Assembly (NCBI GenBank): GCA_051294375.1 | Contig: CM119266.1 | Coordinates: 26,835,932-26,899,931, forward strand | Length of the DNA stretch: 64,000 bases | Direction: 5' to 3' | Origin: Paraspadella gotoi | Taxonomy: Eukaryota > Animalia > Chaetognatha | In this document: positions 1 through 14,601 of the stretch, piece after piece | Position numbering within the stretch: position 1 is the first letter of the stretch | Layout of the letters: each line of letters opens with the position of its first letter | Position numbers and translations under genes: made by a program | Notes under the pieces: model-generated | Seen by the model: only the letters and a program-made list of their open reading frames with translations | Told to the model about the DNA's origin: nothing | Database searches by the model: none

Positions 1-109
1 TCTGTCGCCTTGCTTTTTCCTTTTTTCCTTTTTTCCTTTTTCCCTTTTTTATTCAAGTAGATCAAATAGGAATTAGTTCCTCCACGTCTTTGCCGTCGCC
101 CTCCTCCTC

Positions 110-330
<221 letters not shown>

Positions 331-520
331 TTCGACATTTAAAGATTTCATTAACTCTCTTCGGTCTATCATTTACGTCATCGTCGCCCCCGTGTTCATC
401 GTCGTCGTCGTCGTTTTGGCCCGTCCAATTGACCAGCGCCGAAAATAGCCGTTGCGACCTCTGACGATTCGTCCTCCTGCGTCACTTCGCCCGTCTGTTC
501 CGGCTCCGCCTCTTCCGTTA

Positions 521-654
521 CCACTTACGCCGCTCCTACCGCCTTCGCCGTCACTTACGCCGATCCTACCGCCTTCGCCGCCACTTACGCCGCTCCTACC
601 GCCTTCGCCGCCACTTACGCCACTCCTACCGCCTTCGCCGCCACTTACGCCGCT
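521..654. repeat. 30-bp minisatellite, ~4.5 copies
   Basis: Unit ccacttacgccgctcctaccgccttcgccg starting at 521, 551, 581, 611 and 641 (partial). Confidence 0.95.
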
Positions 655-2029
655 TCCCCCCATTCTCTGTTTGTTTAAGTCTCGGTTTACGACGCGATTC
701 TCTCGGAGCTCGTGTCGGTCAAAAAGTCGGCCAACGGCATTTTACCCGACATAAGCTAATCCTTTGACGATGTTTAATCCTGAGCCGTGACGCCACTCAG
801 GTTAGATGATTTTCGGTGTTCGCCTGACTCTCATACTTCGTTTGTTTAGTTTTGTTTCTGTACATTGTACAATTGTCCATTATACAACATGCATGTATCA
901 AAACAAAAAAAATTACTCACTCTCCCTCCGTTTTCTTCTGTTTCTTTCCACCCGTGACCGCCAGAGGACCTGTTTAGATCGACGACCCTCGAAGGCGCCA
1001 TTCGACCCCACGACTCGACCCCCGACGACCCCTTGGGGGGCAGCGAGCGCCCCCTGCTTGGCGCAGGACCTCGTTGACCATTTGTTCCAAGAATCTGTCA
1101 ACATTGTCCGGTCGTCGTCGTCAATCAATATTTTGCCTTAGTTGTCGTAATGTTCATCGTAAAAATTGAATTTTAATGTAATCTAAATTTACGGTTAATT
1201 TATTTGTATTTACTTGAGAAAAGTTTCTGAAAAAAATATATGATTTCCTTTATCGTATTCATGTTTTTCGTTAAATTTTAATCAGCTTCATCTTTCTAAT
1301 CTTTTTTTTTTCTTTTCCTCTTCTTATTCGTCTCTGTCTCCCGGTTGTTTTGTCCAATGACGTCATCGGCTACGTCTTTGATTCGGTGGGAGAGAGTTTC
1401 GTCGTCGTCGTCGTCATCGTCGTTGTTTTGCTTTACGACGTCGTCGTCGTCTTCATCGACGCAGTCCCTCGCTTTACTTATTCACGATCGACGCTCGATG
1501 AGGTTTGATTGAACGAGGGAAAAAAAAAGATCATTCGATACTGAAAAACTCACCGTCAAATGAAGAATCCACCGTGAGTTTCATCAAAACGCGTTCACTG
1601 TATTCGAGCCTTCCTTTCTGTGACTTCCCTCGAGTTTACGAACGTCCGTCAATTCAACTAATTTGACTAATTGGCCAATTAGTCCGTTATGCGAGCAATC
1701 GAAGTAATTAATTGTGTTTTGAAACTGGCGAGGCTGCTCGCGCTCTCTTCGAGTTCTCTCTCGCGCCATAATTCAACATCTTTCCCTTCCTCCCCCCCAC
1801 AACTCGCAAAACCCGATCCCTTCCTCCTTCCTCGTTTCCACCGTCTCCCCGGACGTCGCCTAATTTACCCGGCAACAATTGTTTTTCGCAAACGCGTTGT
1901 TTCCCCCGCGTAACAACGACGGTAATCTCCTAGCAACGCGCGTCCGTCGTGGCAACGCCGGTAATTTCCTTAATTCGCGGCGTGGCTGCGTGGTTTTNNN
2001 NNNNNNNNNNNNNNNNNNNNNNTTTGCCT

Positions 2030-2129
<100 letters not shown>

Positions 2130-2145
2130 GCAGGCTTCCTCACCC

Positions 2146-2230
2146 GGGAAAAGCAATAAAGACTCACCATTCGACTCGCAGAGGTCGACGTCACGCCGTC
2201 AAGCGAGAGAGCGAAGGCTACGCGTCACCC

Positions 2231-2300
<70 letters not shown>

Positions 2301-3313
2301 AGAGAGGGAGTAATTGAGGAAAGGAGAGAAATTAAGGAGAGACTTTTCTTCTCACTTTACACGAATCGTTAAAAAGTGAAATTAAAACTTCGACTTATAC
2401 TGAAACAAAAACGCCCGTTAAAACAGATCCAAGGCCGTAAAGGAGATGAAGATTGCGGTGTGAAAAGGAAGGGAGGAATTAAGGAATTGGAAAAAGAAAA
2501 GGGAGGAAAGAAAGGAGGAGAAAAGGGAAGGGGCAAAAGGAAGGAAGCAGAAGACCCTCCAGAAGATTCTTACAATTTAATTTCTCCTGACTGAAGAAGT
2601 GGCCGACTGCCGCGAGAAAGATAAGAAGCGTCGAGGGCCTCGATCGAATCCCGACTCTGGTTTTATCTCTATCTCATTTGCATATTGCAGTTAATGAGAA
2701 TTTCGTTTCTCGAATTTTAAAGAAGGAATGAATGGGCAGAAGAGTTTTTTTTTAATGAAGATTCGCTAGAAACGAAAGGACAGAGACTGAGAGAGAGATC
2801 ATGAACTTTCATGTTTCTTTTTAAGGAGAAAAGTTAATTATATTCTACCCTTCTAATGTTTCGAAGTACGTATATTAGCGCCAAGGAACCTTGCAGTACC
2901 ATCTATTTCGAACAGATGATACTGCAATTATAAAATAATTACGCAACCTACAACCACCGTACAGACTTTCTCCTAACCCCAGTCAACGTCCAATTATACC
3001 AGGTTTGTTCATCGCTTACGAAAGCCAATCATACTTGCCAGTTGCCAATATTCTCTCCCACGTTTGCCAGTTTCTTCCACCTCCGTTTTCTCAATGAAAA
3101 ATAGTCGTTGATTTTTTCTCTTTTTTTTTTGGGCATGAGCCACAGAAAGAAAAAGAAGAGAGAGAGAGAGAGACCCAGTCCCCTGCCAAATCCACGAGAA
3201 ATTTTTGCGAATTCAATTCACTTCATTTCGTTTTTCTTTTATTCTCTTCAAAAGAAAAACTCATAAAACGAGACGTGAAGGGAGGTGAATAATATATCTC
3301 TCTCTCTTCTCTC

Positions 3314-3354
<41 letters not shown>

Positions 3355-3665
3355 GTCTCTCTCTCTGTATTTCGATACAGAAGAAGAAGCGAAGGCAAAA
3401 GAATGATGTCAAAAAGGGAAAAAAGGGGAGAGAATTGAAAACGGGGCCAAGATTAAGCGGCGGCTGATTCCTCGACAAAGAAAGGATCGGGATGAAGAGA
3501 CGAAGAAAAAACGGAAATAAATGAAAAAGAAAATGAGAGAAAAAAAGAAAGAAAAAGAAAAAAAACTATCGGGAGTTGATTTCCTCGACGTTCGAAGAAA
3601 CGAATCATAGAAAAATGAGTGAGAAACAAAAGGCGCAAAAGAAAATAAAAGAACAAAAGAATGAT

Positions 3666-3746
<81 letters not shown>

Positions 3747-5309
3747 TAAATAACGCCACATCTACGGCGACGATGGAAAACAAAAAAAATTTGAATAGTA
3801 AAAAGATAAAAAATGATAAATGGAGACGAAATAAAATGGCGAATAAAAAAGCGTCTGGCTTTTCCTTTACGGCGATCATTGATTTATCTTTCAGGTCTGC
3901 TATCAACGCTTCCCAGATCTGTCTTTCAATTATTCAAGTGGTTCTTCGTTTGGTTTGCGTTGGCTGACGTTGGCCTTTCATCATTGAAATGGCACCGTTT
4001 GCGTCGTTGACGTCATGATGTCAAGCTCTTTCATTGACGACCGCAATTTCATCAGCAACAACTTGGACGTCGATGTTGATAGTTTTTTTTTTTATTGATA
4101 CCGAGTTTTTAATTGCTACCAACTATGGTTTCTATCAATGTCACTCTTACATCTTTTTTTAGTATTTTTGTTCTTTAATTCACAGGAATTGACACAGAGT
4201 AGACATTAATTCAACGACGTCGTTTTCGTCCTCGATTTCGTTGTCGTTGTGTTGTCGACTTGATAGCTATCTGGGACTAAACAATCCTTCTTAATAGGCC
4301 TTCGTAGTTCTTATAGGTCGCGAGCATCTCGCCTTTTTCATTGCCAGAATCCTCCACAAAAAACCTTCGGTTGCCAAACATCATTACTTATTTATCCAGA
4401 GCAAGAAAGGTTTCTCCGCTGCCCCACGTCTCAGGAAATTCAGCCTTTGGTTCGCTTCGTGATACAAATACTTTTTTTTAAAAGAAACTATAAATCACTG
4501 AATTTACAAATATTTTTCTTTAAAAACTATGAAATAGCTCAATTTACTAAAAACTTTAGGGCGCCCGATTTCCGTATCGTGAAGGACCGCGTTTCTCAAA
4601 TACTGCCAGTTACGCATACTGTGACGCTGACATAGGCGCGTGTTTAATCGACGCTGCACGTGGAAAGGCGCGCCTCACGGACGACCCTGACGCGCTGCCA
4701 CAGTGCGCCGCATGCACACTTGGGCGCGGGAGGTGAGACTCGTTCAGCCATGAATATTGAAGGAAGCGACGGGAAGAAATCACCTGGGAAAGCATGGAGA
4801 ATCAAAGAATGGCGACGCATCGTTCGAAGGTTGGTGCAGGAGAAAAGCCTGAGGCCGAAGAGAAACGGAGAAAAGGGATTGAGATTCAGTAAGGATTGAC
4901 GGCTAATGATAAGCCAAGAAGACGAGGTCTAGCGTCTTTTGAGTTAAGAGAAAGAGCAATCGCTATACAATGCTATTTACTATACATACAAGTCAAAGTT
5001 GAAAAGAGATATTCTTATCTGAATCTGAGTAGAAAGGGCAGTAACCTGATCAAGTCACAAGGATGAAATTTACCGGTTTTAATTTAACGCGCAACGAGAA
5101 CAACGCATGACCTTCACCACCGATCCCAACGCATCCAATCCACTCCTCGGGTGTCGACGCGCGGAAGTTCGCCCAAACCGGCAAGTTGCATGCAAATCCC
5201 CGAGGAGTTCCTCGTCCGGATCCCGGAAAAGCAATAAAGACTCACCATTCGACTCGCAGAGGGTCGACGTCACGCCGTCAAGCGAGAGAGCGAAGGCTAC
5301 GCGTCACCC

Positions 5310-5379
<70 letters not shown>

Positions 5380-6392
5380 GAGAGAGGGAGTAATTGAGGA
5401 AAGGAGAGAAATTAAGGAGAGACTTTTCTTTCTCACTTTACAAGATCGATTAAAAAGTGAATTAAAACTTCGACTTTAACTGAAACAAAAACGCCCGTTA
5501 AAACAGATCCAAGGCCGTTAAAGGAGATGAAGATTGGGTGTGAAAAGGAAAGGGAGGAAATTAAGGAATTGGAAAAAGAAAAGGGAGGAAAGAAAGGAGG
5601 AGAAAAGGGGAAAGGGGCAAAAGGAAGGAAGAGAAGACCCTCCAGAAGATTCTTACAATTTATTTCTCCTTGACTGAAGAGTGGCCGACTGCCCGCGAGA
5701 AAGATAAGAAGCGTCGAGGGCCTCGATCGAATCCCGACTCTGGTTTTATCTCTATCTCATTTGCATATTGCAGTTAATGAGAATTTCGTTTCTCGAATTT
5801 TAAAGAAGGAATGAAATGGGCAGAAGAGTTTTTTTTTAATGAAGATTCGCTAGAAACGAAAGGACAGAGACTGAGAGAGAGATCATAACTTTCATGTTTC
5901 TTTTTAAGGAGAAAAGTTAATTATATTTACCCTTCTAATGTTTCGAAGTACGTATATTTAGCGCCAAGGAACCTTGCAGTACCATCTATTTCGAACAGAT
6001 GATACTGCAATTATAAAATAATTACTCAACCTACAACCACCGTACAGACTTTCTCCTAACCACCAGTCAACGTCAATTATACCAGGTTTGTCATCGCTTA
6101 CGAAAGCCAATCATACTTGCCAGTTGCCAATATTCTCTCCCACGTTTGCCAGTTTCTTCCACCTACCGTTTTCTCAATGAAAAAGTCGTTGATTTTTTCT
6201 CTTTTTTTTTTTGGGCATGAGCCACAGAAAAGAAAAGAAAGAGAGAGAGAGAGAGAGCCAGTCCCCTGCCAAATCCACGAGAAATTTTGCGAATTCAATT
6301 TCACTTCATTTCGTTTTTCTTTTATTCTCTTCAAAAGAAAAACTCATAAAACGAGACGTGAAGGGAGGTGAATAATATCTTTTCTCTCTCTC

Positions 6393-6449
<57 letters not shown>

Positions 6450-6745
6450 ATTTCGATACAGAAGAAGAAGCGAAGGGAAAAGAATGATGTCAAAAAGGGA
6501 AAAAAGGGGAGAGAATTGAAACGGGGCCAAGATTAAGCGGGCGGCTGATTCCTCGACAAAGAAAGGATCGGGATGAAGAGACGAAGAAAAACGGAAATAA
6601 ATGAAAAAGAAAAATGAGAGAAAAAAAGAAAGAAAAAGAAAAAAAACTATCGGGAGTTGATTTCCTCGACGTTCGAAGAAACGAATCATGAAAAATGAGT
6701 GAGAAACAAAAGGCGCAAAAGAAAATAAAAGAACAAAAGAATGAT

Positions 6746-6791
<46 letters not shown>

Positions 6792-8200
6792 TAAATAACG
6801 CCACATCTACGGCGACGATGGAAAACAAAAAAATTTGAATAGTAAAAAGATAAAAAATGATAAATGGAGACGAAATAAAATGGCGAATAAAAAAGCGTCT
6901 GGCTTTTCCTTTACGGCGATCATTGATTTATCTTTCAGGTCTGCTATCAACGCTTCCCAGATCTGTCTTCAATTATTCAAGTGTTTTCCGTTTGGTTTGC
7001 GTGGCTGACGTTGGCCCTTTCATCATTGAAATGGACGTTTGCGTCGTTGACGTCATGATGTCAAGCTCTTTCATTGACGACCGCAATTTCATCAGCAACA
7101 ACTTGGACGTCGATGTTGATAGTTTTTTTTTTTATTGATACCGAGTTTTTAATTGCTACCAACTATGGTTCTATCAATGTCACTCTTACATTCTTTTTTA
7201 GTATCTTTGTTCTTTAATTCACAGGAATTGACCAGAGGTAGACATTAATTCAACGACGTCGTTTTCGTCCTCGATTTCGTTGTCGTTGTTGTTGTCGACT
7301 TGATAGCTATCTGGGACTAAACAATCCTTCTTAATAGGCCTTCGTAGTTCTTATAGGTCGCGAGCATCTCGCCTTTTTCATTGCCAGAATCCTCCACAAA
7401 AACCTTCGGTTGCCAAACATCATTACTTATTTATCCAGAGCAAGAAAGGTTTCTCCGTGCCCCACGTCTCAGGAAATTCAGCCTTTGGTTCGCTTCGTGA
7501 TACAAATACTTTTTTTAAAAGAAACTATAAATCACTGAATTTACAAATATTTTTCTAAAAAACTATGAAATAGCTCAATTTACTAAAAACTTAGGGCGCC
7601 CGATTTCCGTAGTCGTGAAGGACGCGTTTCTCAAATACTGCCAGTACGCATACTGTGACGCTGACATAGGCGCGTGTTTAATCGACGCTGACGTGGAAAG
7701 GCGCGCGCACGGACGACCCTGACGCGTGCCACAGTGGCGCCATGACACTTGGGCGCGGAGTGAGACTCGTTGCCATGAATATTGAAGGAAGCGACGGAAG
7801 AAATCACCTGGAAAGATGGAGATCAAAGATGGCGACGATCGTCGAAGGTTGGTGAGAGAAAAGTGAGGGGAAGAGAAACGGAGAAAAGGGATGAGAATCA
7901 GTAAGGATGAGGTAAGATAAGCAAAAGACGAGGTTAGGTCGTTTGAGTTAAGAGAAAGAGCAATCGTATACAATGCTATTTACTATACATACAAGTCAAA
8001 GTTGAAAGAGATATTTCTTATCTGATCTGAGTGAAAGGGCCAGTAACTGATCAAGTCACAAGGATGAAATATTACGGTTTAATTTAAGGAAGAGAACAAC
8101 GATGACCTTCACCACCGATCCAACGCATCTCAATCACTCCGTCGAGGATTCGCCTCAAACCGGAAGTGATGCAAATCCCCGAGGAGTTCCTCGTCCGGAT
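2146..8200 (+). repeat. ~3.07-kb tandem duplication (copy 1 ~2146-5221, copy 2 ~5222-8200), probable assembly artefact
   Basis: The same sequence recurs (aaagcaataaagactcaccattcgactcgcagagg at ~2150 and ~5227). The copies differ mostly by scattered 1-bp indels and lie next to the 25-N gap at 1998-2022. Confidence 0.9.
7611..7850. other. Exon-like GC-rich segment of an unidentified gene (second copy at ~4575-4835)
   Basis: Reads VVKDAFLKYCQYAYCDADIGACLIDADVE...LVAMNIEGSDGRNHLERWRSKMATIVE on + apart from one indel. The antisense frame is also largely open with a strong acceptor. Strand and product unresolved. Confidence 0.3.
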
Positions 8201-8924
8201 CCCATCTGCGCCGACTACCGAGACCGAAAGGGTTTACGACCCCCGTTGCGCCGGAAAATCAGGCCGCGGCGTCAGAATCGGTGGCAAACTTTGGAACTGT
8301 GGCTTTGTTTTTTAATTAATTGGGAAAACAAACTTTTCGGAGCATATCATAATATGCTCCGAAAAGTGGGTGACCTGGTGGCCGGGTGGGGCATCCGATA
8401 TTGTATCCTATATAATATTTAACTATTTTGACAGTAAGACAATTTCGTTCGCTCATTTACTTTTTTCCATTTATTTAGCTTTTTTTACCATTTTATTCAT
8501 TCTGTTGCATTCGTTCGATTCCGCTTTGGATTGAATTTCTACGGTCGCCACGCCCCCTTTACCACTCCCCCTTCATTACGACACCACCTCAGTTGTTTTC
8601 TCAGTCGTCAACGACATCGCCGCTTTCTTACGCTGCAACTCTTCCGTGATCCCCGCGAGGTTGTGGTTGCACCATTCGCAGCATTGAGCTGGCGTAGTCG
8701 CGCCGTCACCTACAACAGCCGCACTGCCTGGTTTATAGAAATCCTTAAGCTTTTCTGGTCATATTAGTGCTTTATTTACGTAGTAGTAGCTTAATTTTTA
8801 TATACTTTTTAGAGCCTCATAAGCCAAAGGGAAAACAGAACGATGGACGAACAAATGTCTCCTTAAATCTCGACAGCAGCCAAGGCTAGAAAAGTGAAAA
8901 TTCATTGTGTCCATAAAATTGCAA

Positions 8925-9007
<83 letters not shown>

Positions 9008-10051
9008 AGACTGAAAACGACTACAGGGAGAGTAAATAACATGACAGAAAAGGGAAAGTCAGACAGAAACATAGAAACAGAAACAGAAAGATCGAGAGAG
9101 AAAGACAGACTCATCGAGAGACCGAGAGACAGAGACTCTGGTCGTGAAGCTGGAATGGAATTGAAAGGCCTCGTGGAAAACCAAAACGAATTCCCTCGAG
9201 AGAAACTTGGTTGGATTCTCGACGTCGACGAAGAAAATCCCTGAGAAAATACTAGCGTTGCCATTCGGTAGAAAGTCACCAATTGTCAGTTTGGGGGGAA
9301 AAATATTTTCGTTGTTTAAGATGCCATAAGTGCTATTCTTTCGAGAGTACCCTTGCATCGTTCATAAACTAGTAATAAAATTGACAATTATATAACGCAT
9401 GTACGGTATGTGATGAAGGTTAGAGTCTGGCGTCTGTAGCTGGTGTCATTCGCTAAATAATTAAAGGAATAACAATATATTTAGCTAAATAATTAAAGGA
9501 ATAACAATTTATTTTGCATAAAAAAGTTGTTGCTCAAGAAAGTGACAATGCCATCACCTCACGAAGAAAAAGGCGTCGCCTTGTGCAATGTGAATTTCTG
9601 CATCCACATTCCACAACCGTGACGTTCCTCGCGAAGCTGTCAGTCAGTCAAGTCTTTCTTCTCTCTTCGCCAGAGGACGCGAAGAATTTCGAGGCGTCTG
9701 CCAACGAAGGAGTCATTAAGAAAGGAGCCGTCTTTTCGCGGACCTCATTTGCATAATGAAGAAAACACCGACGCGGATTCCGACGCGACGGAGGGAGAAT
9801 GAGAGCGCGGCGGAGAACCCGATGACGGATGGACGGACAGACGGACAGAGGAAGGAACGCCGCTGATAATAACGCCGACTGTCGGAGCCAAAGCGAAACC
9901 GGGATCGTGTACTCTTGTTTTGTTTTTGTTTTTTTCCTTTTGATTTCGTCACTTGTTTTGGATTTTTTGAATATTTTTTTTGTAAGATAAGTCGGCTATC
10001 TTACATCTGTCTTTTCTACTCGTGTTTCAACTGATCCGTGAAATAAAAAGG

Positions 10052-10057
<6 letters not shown>

Positions 10058-10097
<40 letters not shown>

Positions 10098-10170
10098 TAG
10101 ATAGATAGATTAGATAGATAGCATAGATAGATAGATAGATAGATAGATAGAGACGAGAGAGAGAGAGAGA
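10058..10170. repeat. Compound (AG)n/(AGAT)n microsatellite
   Basis: Direct reading of the sequence. Confidence 0.95.
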
Positions 10171-11560
10171 GCACTTAGCTTTAAATGTCTCAGGCGGTGG
10201 AATTCAACGGCGGTTAACAACGGAGTTAGCACGTTATTTTCTCGTTAGAGCCAAAGGAACATCATTATTAACCAACAATAACCAACGTCTTAAAACCTTT
10301 TTTTTCTCTCTTTTTCCCCGACGGAAAATTATTGTTGGAAGAGTGGAAACGCCGCTGGCTGAGCTGAATCCGTGATGGCGGCCGACAATGGAAGAAAACT
10401 TCGCTTCGTTGGTTTTTGGCAAATTTCGGCTCCAACCCCCGAAAGACCATTTGCCGCAACGAAGCTTGAATATGCCTTCACGTATATTTCATTATGTACA
10501 TGCTACATTTTTGGCCTACTTTAGATTATTTTATATGGCGGTTTGTCTAGTTAAAAAAAAATTAACTATTAAAGGAACAAGAATTCAGCTGATCATCAGC
10601 GATTTTGCCCGATCGAATAGCGCCATCTTTCACTACTGTAACTTCACAAACTAGTATTTAATGAGATTAAAAGTTTACCGCCAGCATTAACTCAACAAAT
10701 CCTTCGTAGCGAATCTGATGTTTATGCGCCTGCTCTTTTTTGTGTGAAGTTATAGATGAGATCTTAGTGAAAATCTTTTTTATCCCGGTGGATTCATTTT
10801 ATATCTGAATATAAAGATCCTACAAAAACGGTTAATCATTTTGAATGTTCAGTTGAAAAATGTCCAAGTCGAGGAATGATATTTACTGAAAATTTGTGAA
10901 AGGATTTATTTTAATATGATTAAACAACGACTGTTGGTAGAAATAACTTATTTGTTTTTGGCTTTAAAGATCGATTGAATGGTTTATCTTTGAATTTTCA
11001 ATCGGGAAATCTGGTGAAAAAAAGACAAGTCCGTCCGTGTAAAAGGTTTTCGATGTTCTAGATCTGACAGAAAGAACAGCAAGCATTGGGCGCCGCTACA
11101 TCCAATGCCGACGACGAACCTCACGACGATGCGGACGACGACGACGACGACGACGACGACATAGATGACAACTTTAACCCCGTAAAATGATCGATCGTTA
11201 CGAACTAAAAGAGGAATTCAAATCTGCTTCTTTAACAAAATGAAAATGAATGAAAATGGAGTTTTAAGCCTTTTATCCTCGAGACCAAAGCCCGTTTAGG
11301 CTCACAGGTGTAAAGCCTAAATACGTCGTGATTTTCACAAAGTGTGAAGTTGAAGAAAAGCTGGATCTCAACGATTTTAATTTGGAACCGCGATTATCTC
11401 CTTCGTCTTTTTGCTTTTAATGTTAGGTTTCATCCTCCGAGTTAATTGAGACGGTTAAACTCGATTAAAAGCAGAAGAGTTTGGGACGAAGAACTCAAAT
11501 TCGACCGAATAAATTAAAGAGAAAAAAACTATAATCAAATAAACCGATTTTAAAAAAACT

Positions 11561-14500
11561 ATGGATCTTGACTTAGAGCCGGACGTCGATGTGTCGGAGC
11601 GGCCGACGAAACTTCTCCGCCACTTTGCGTCGATGCCGGAAATTTGTTTGAGCGACGCTGGCGAAAAAGAAGATTTCCTCACAGGTATAGAGAGAGCAGA
11701 GAGAGACAGAGTGAGAGAGAGGGAGCAGAGAGAGAGAGAGAGATAGAGAATTCAGTTTTTTCGCCCACCATTTTTATTCATTTAAAAAAAGTAAACGAAA
11801 AGGGAAACTAACCATCTCCCAATCCACCCACAAACCATCTCAACCGCATAAAAATGACATCCACTTCCCCGAAACAAATTTTTTTAATAAATAATTTATC
11901 GCCCTCGAGACTCGCGGACGGGTTTTTCCGACGACGAGGCTCGCTATCACTATCATCTTCATTATCATCTTCATTCTCATTAACATAAATTCGTCGTCCT
12001 CATTCTTTTCATTCCCTTTTCTCTCTCCCTCAAAGAGAAAGACTCGGCCCCTCCCCATCCTCCTCCTCTCCTCCCCTTCCTCTTCATTCTCGTTTCCTCC
12101 TTCGCCTCTGTCGTCCTCTACGTTTTCGACGTCGTCTCGGATCTCCTCCTGGCGACCGTCTACTTCCTCAAGCGTCACGATTGGTGGGCGCGCCTCACCC
12201 TCTTCTTCACTTTAGCGCCGGGATTCGTCGTCGCCGGCGTCTCGATAGCAATAATTCTGCGATTGCCCGGTCTACCGCCGCCGTGGCGGGCGACCGGTTT
12301 GGCGACGGCGCCGTTTCTAATGGGCCCGGCGTTCCTGCGGTTGGAGCGGTGCCGAGCGGCGACGAAGGCTTGGCGGGAAAGGCGAAAAGCGGCGACGGCG
12401 AAACGAAATGCGGCGTCGTTGCGACGAAGAAATCCTCAAACGGATTCTGGATTCGGTTCGACGCCGGAATTCGGCGCCAATTCGGCCGGCGTCACGGATC
12501 GAAACGGCGCCGGGAAATCTCATGGCTCTGTAATCGGGAAACGGTCTTCGCTGTCTTCTTTGCCATCCGACGGCGTCGCGCTTCGACATCATGACGTATT
12601 CGAACGTCAGCGGCCTGAGCCAAATGAGCCCAAGGAAATCCTTCCTTTAACTCACCAATCCAACAACTCACCCTCCATCACGGTGCCTCTCTCCGTCCGT
12701 CTCCGCGCAGCCCCTTTCGCCCTGCGTCGCCGCGTCGACGAGACTTTTCGGGATCTCTCCGTCGACGCCGACGCTGGCTCCCACGGCGTTGTTGTTCTGG
12801 AAGTGCTGCTGGAGGCGTTGCCGCAAATTCTGCTGCAGCTGTACATCATGCTGCGATCCAACCTAATCTCGGGACAACAGATCGTCACGCTGGGAACGTC
12901 GATGCTGACGGCAGTTTTTAGTCTTCAGGTTTGGTTTGGTTTGTTTGTTTTTATTTATTTTTTTTTATTATTTCATGTAAACATTCAGCAATTCTCCGCT
13001 CCGCTTCACCGACGTTGGCTCCTCCTTCTCTCTCCCTCCCTCTCTCCCTCTTCCTCATCTTTTCCCTTTCGTCTCTTCCTCTCTTTCCTCGTCCTCCTCC
13101 TCTCTTTCCTCCGTCTCGTCTCCTGCGTCTTCCTCGTCCTCGTCTCTGCCGTCAGTCTCGGGGTCATCGTCGTCCCGACGACCGACGTCGATCGCTTCGT
13201 CGTCGTCGTCGTCCTCGTCGCCGCCTTCGTCCTCTTCCTCGTCCTCGTCCTGCTGGGATCCAAGATGGCCGACGTCAGGTAGAAGGCGCTTTTTCCTCAA
13301 AGCTACGTTTTTCAATCGTCAAACTCAGCTTCTTAACAGTTTACTAGTAAATGGATGGATTCATTGAGCTCTAAGAATGCATTTTTTATCCAGGATCCGG
13401 GCCCCGTTCCTCAAAATCTTTTTGTGCTACTCGATGGCGATGGTGTTGGCGCTGACATCCGGTTTTTGTTCCGCTAATTTTGCTCTGAAAAAAGGGTCTG
13501 AGGAGAAGTCGAATAATAAGCCGCTGTTTGAAATTAGCCACGATCCTGTTAGTTTTGCCTCACCAAACTTTTCTGTTATAAATTCAACTCCGCCCAATGA
13601 TATTCTGTCGACTATTATTTTATCCAAGCTTTCTCAGTCCGACTTATTTTTTCGTAGCCTTGATGTATGCGATTTCACTCTCCTTTCCATTGGGCATATC
13701 AGTGACAACTTTAATGATAAAATGAAGGAATTTTGGAGAGAAAATGTGCTTTGTGCAACCCACATCTTTGTACAACTTCAGCATATCATTTTTGTTTCAG
13801 GGTCATGGCTGTTGGTGGAAGCAGTAGGCTTATTGGTAATAGGGATGTTGCGACTCTAATTTTGAATTCATTTCTGAATTTATGTATGTACTTTTTTGGC
13901 GAAACTTATATTCCCTCCTGCAATAAAAGCATTTTAGAATAAATTACTTATTAATAAATTACTTATGATTGTAACCCCAAGAAATACATTTCTAATCCAG
14001 GACACGCACTACGTTTATCAAAACCTTTTTGTGCTACGCGCTTTGTTTGACGTTGGCGCTGACTTCCGGTTTCTGTTCTGCCAATTTCGCTCTGACAAAA
14101 AACAATGAGAAGTGGAATTTCTTAAAAGCGTTCAAGCATCGCGTCGATCCACGAGACTCCGCGACGCAAGGATCGAAACAGGATCCTTCAGCGGATTCGA
14201 GGGAACTGTTTACCGTTTCTCTAAACTGGCGGCGAGATCACGTCAAAGCTAATTCAACTCGGTCCGTTGCTACCACACGAAGCCAAATTTGGACCCGAAC
14301 GAGCCTTTCGTCGTCAAACGTCACTCAGTTTCACACTTCACTCCTCGTTCCAAAGATCCCAGACGGAACCGATTTCACCGACAACGTCCCGATCTTCATT
14401 TATCGCGACCTCAACAAATGTGACGAGCATTTCCTCTCGCGCGGCGGCGCCTTCGTCAATGACTTCCGGTCCTGGCTCAGCGCCGGCGACTTATTCGCCA

Positions 14501-14601
14501 ACGTAGCAGAGTTTTGGGCGGAGAACGTCCTCTGCGCGGTGCACTTGTTCGCGCCGCTGGAGCGCCTCGTCTTCGCGTCGGGGGCGTGGCTGTTTGTTTA
14601 G
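11561..14601 (+). CDS. XK-related multi-pass membrane protein (Xkr/CED-8 family); exons 11561-11684, 12036-12928, 12989-13278, then 13394-13859 (A) or 14001-14601 (B)
   Basis: Exons join in phase with GT-AG introns. The translation has XK hallmarks: LYVFDVVSDLLLA..YF....WWARLTLFF..PG, then LEVLLEALPQILLQLYIML, and FWxENV in the last TM region. The start codon is uncertain. Confidence 0.8.
13394..13859 (+). CDS. XK-related gene, terminal exon copy A
   Basis: Acceptor ttttttatccag|G in phase 2 matches the donor at 13278. Reads IRAPFLKIFLCYSMAMVLALTSGFCSANFAL...EFWRENVLCATH...GSWLLVEAVGLLVIGMLRL*. Confidence 0.7.

Noticed and set aside
521-654. CRISPR-like array
   Set aside because: The units are contiguous with no unique spacers, and the context is eukaryotic.
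1040-1141. LAQDLVDHLFQESVNIVRS, an AKAP-like amphipathic helix
   Set aside because: No gene model or strand support; short helical patterns arise by chance.
2146-8200. Recent 3-kb segmental duplication as a biological event
   Set aside because: The copies differ mainly by dispersed single-base indels, the long-read error pattern, and start beside a 25-N gap typical of overfilled gap closing. Read depth would decide.
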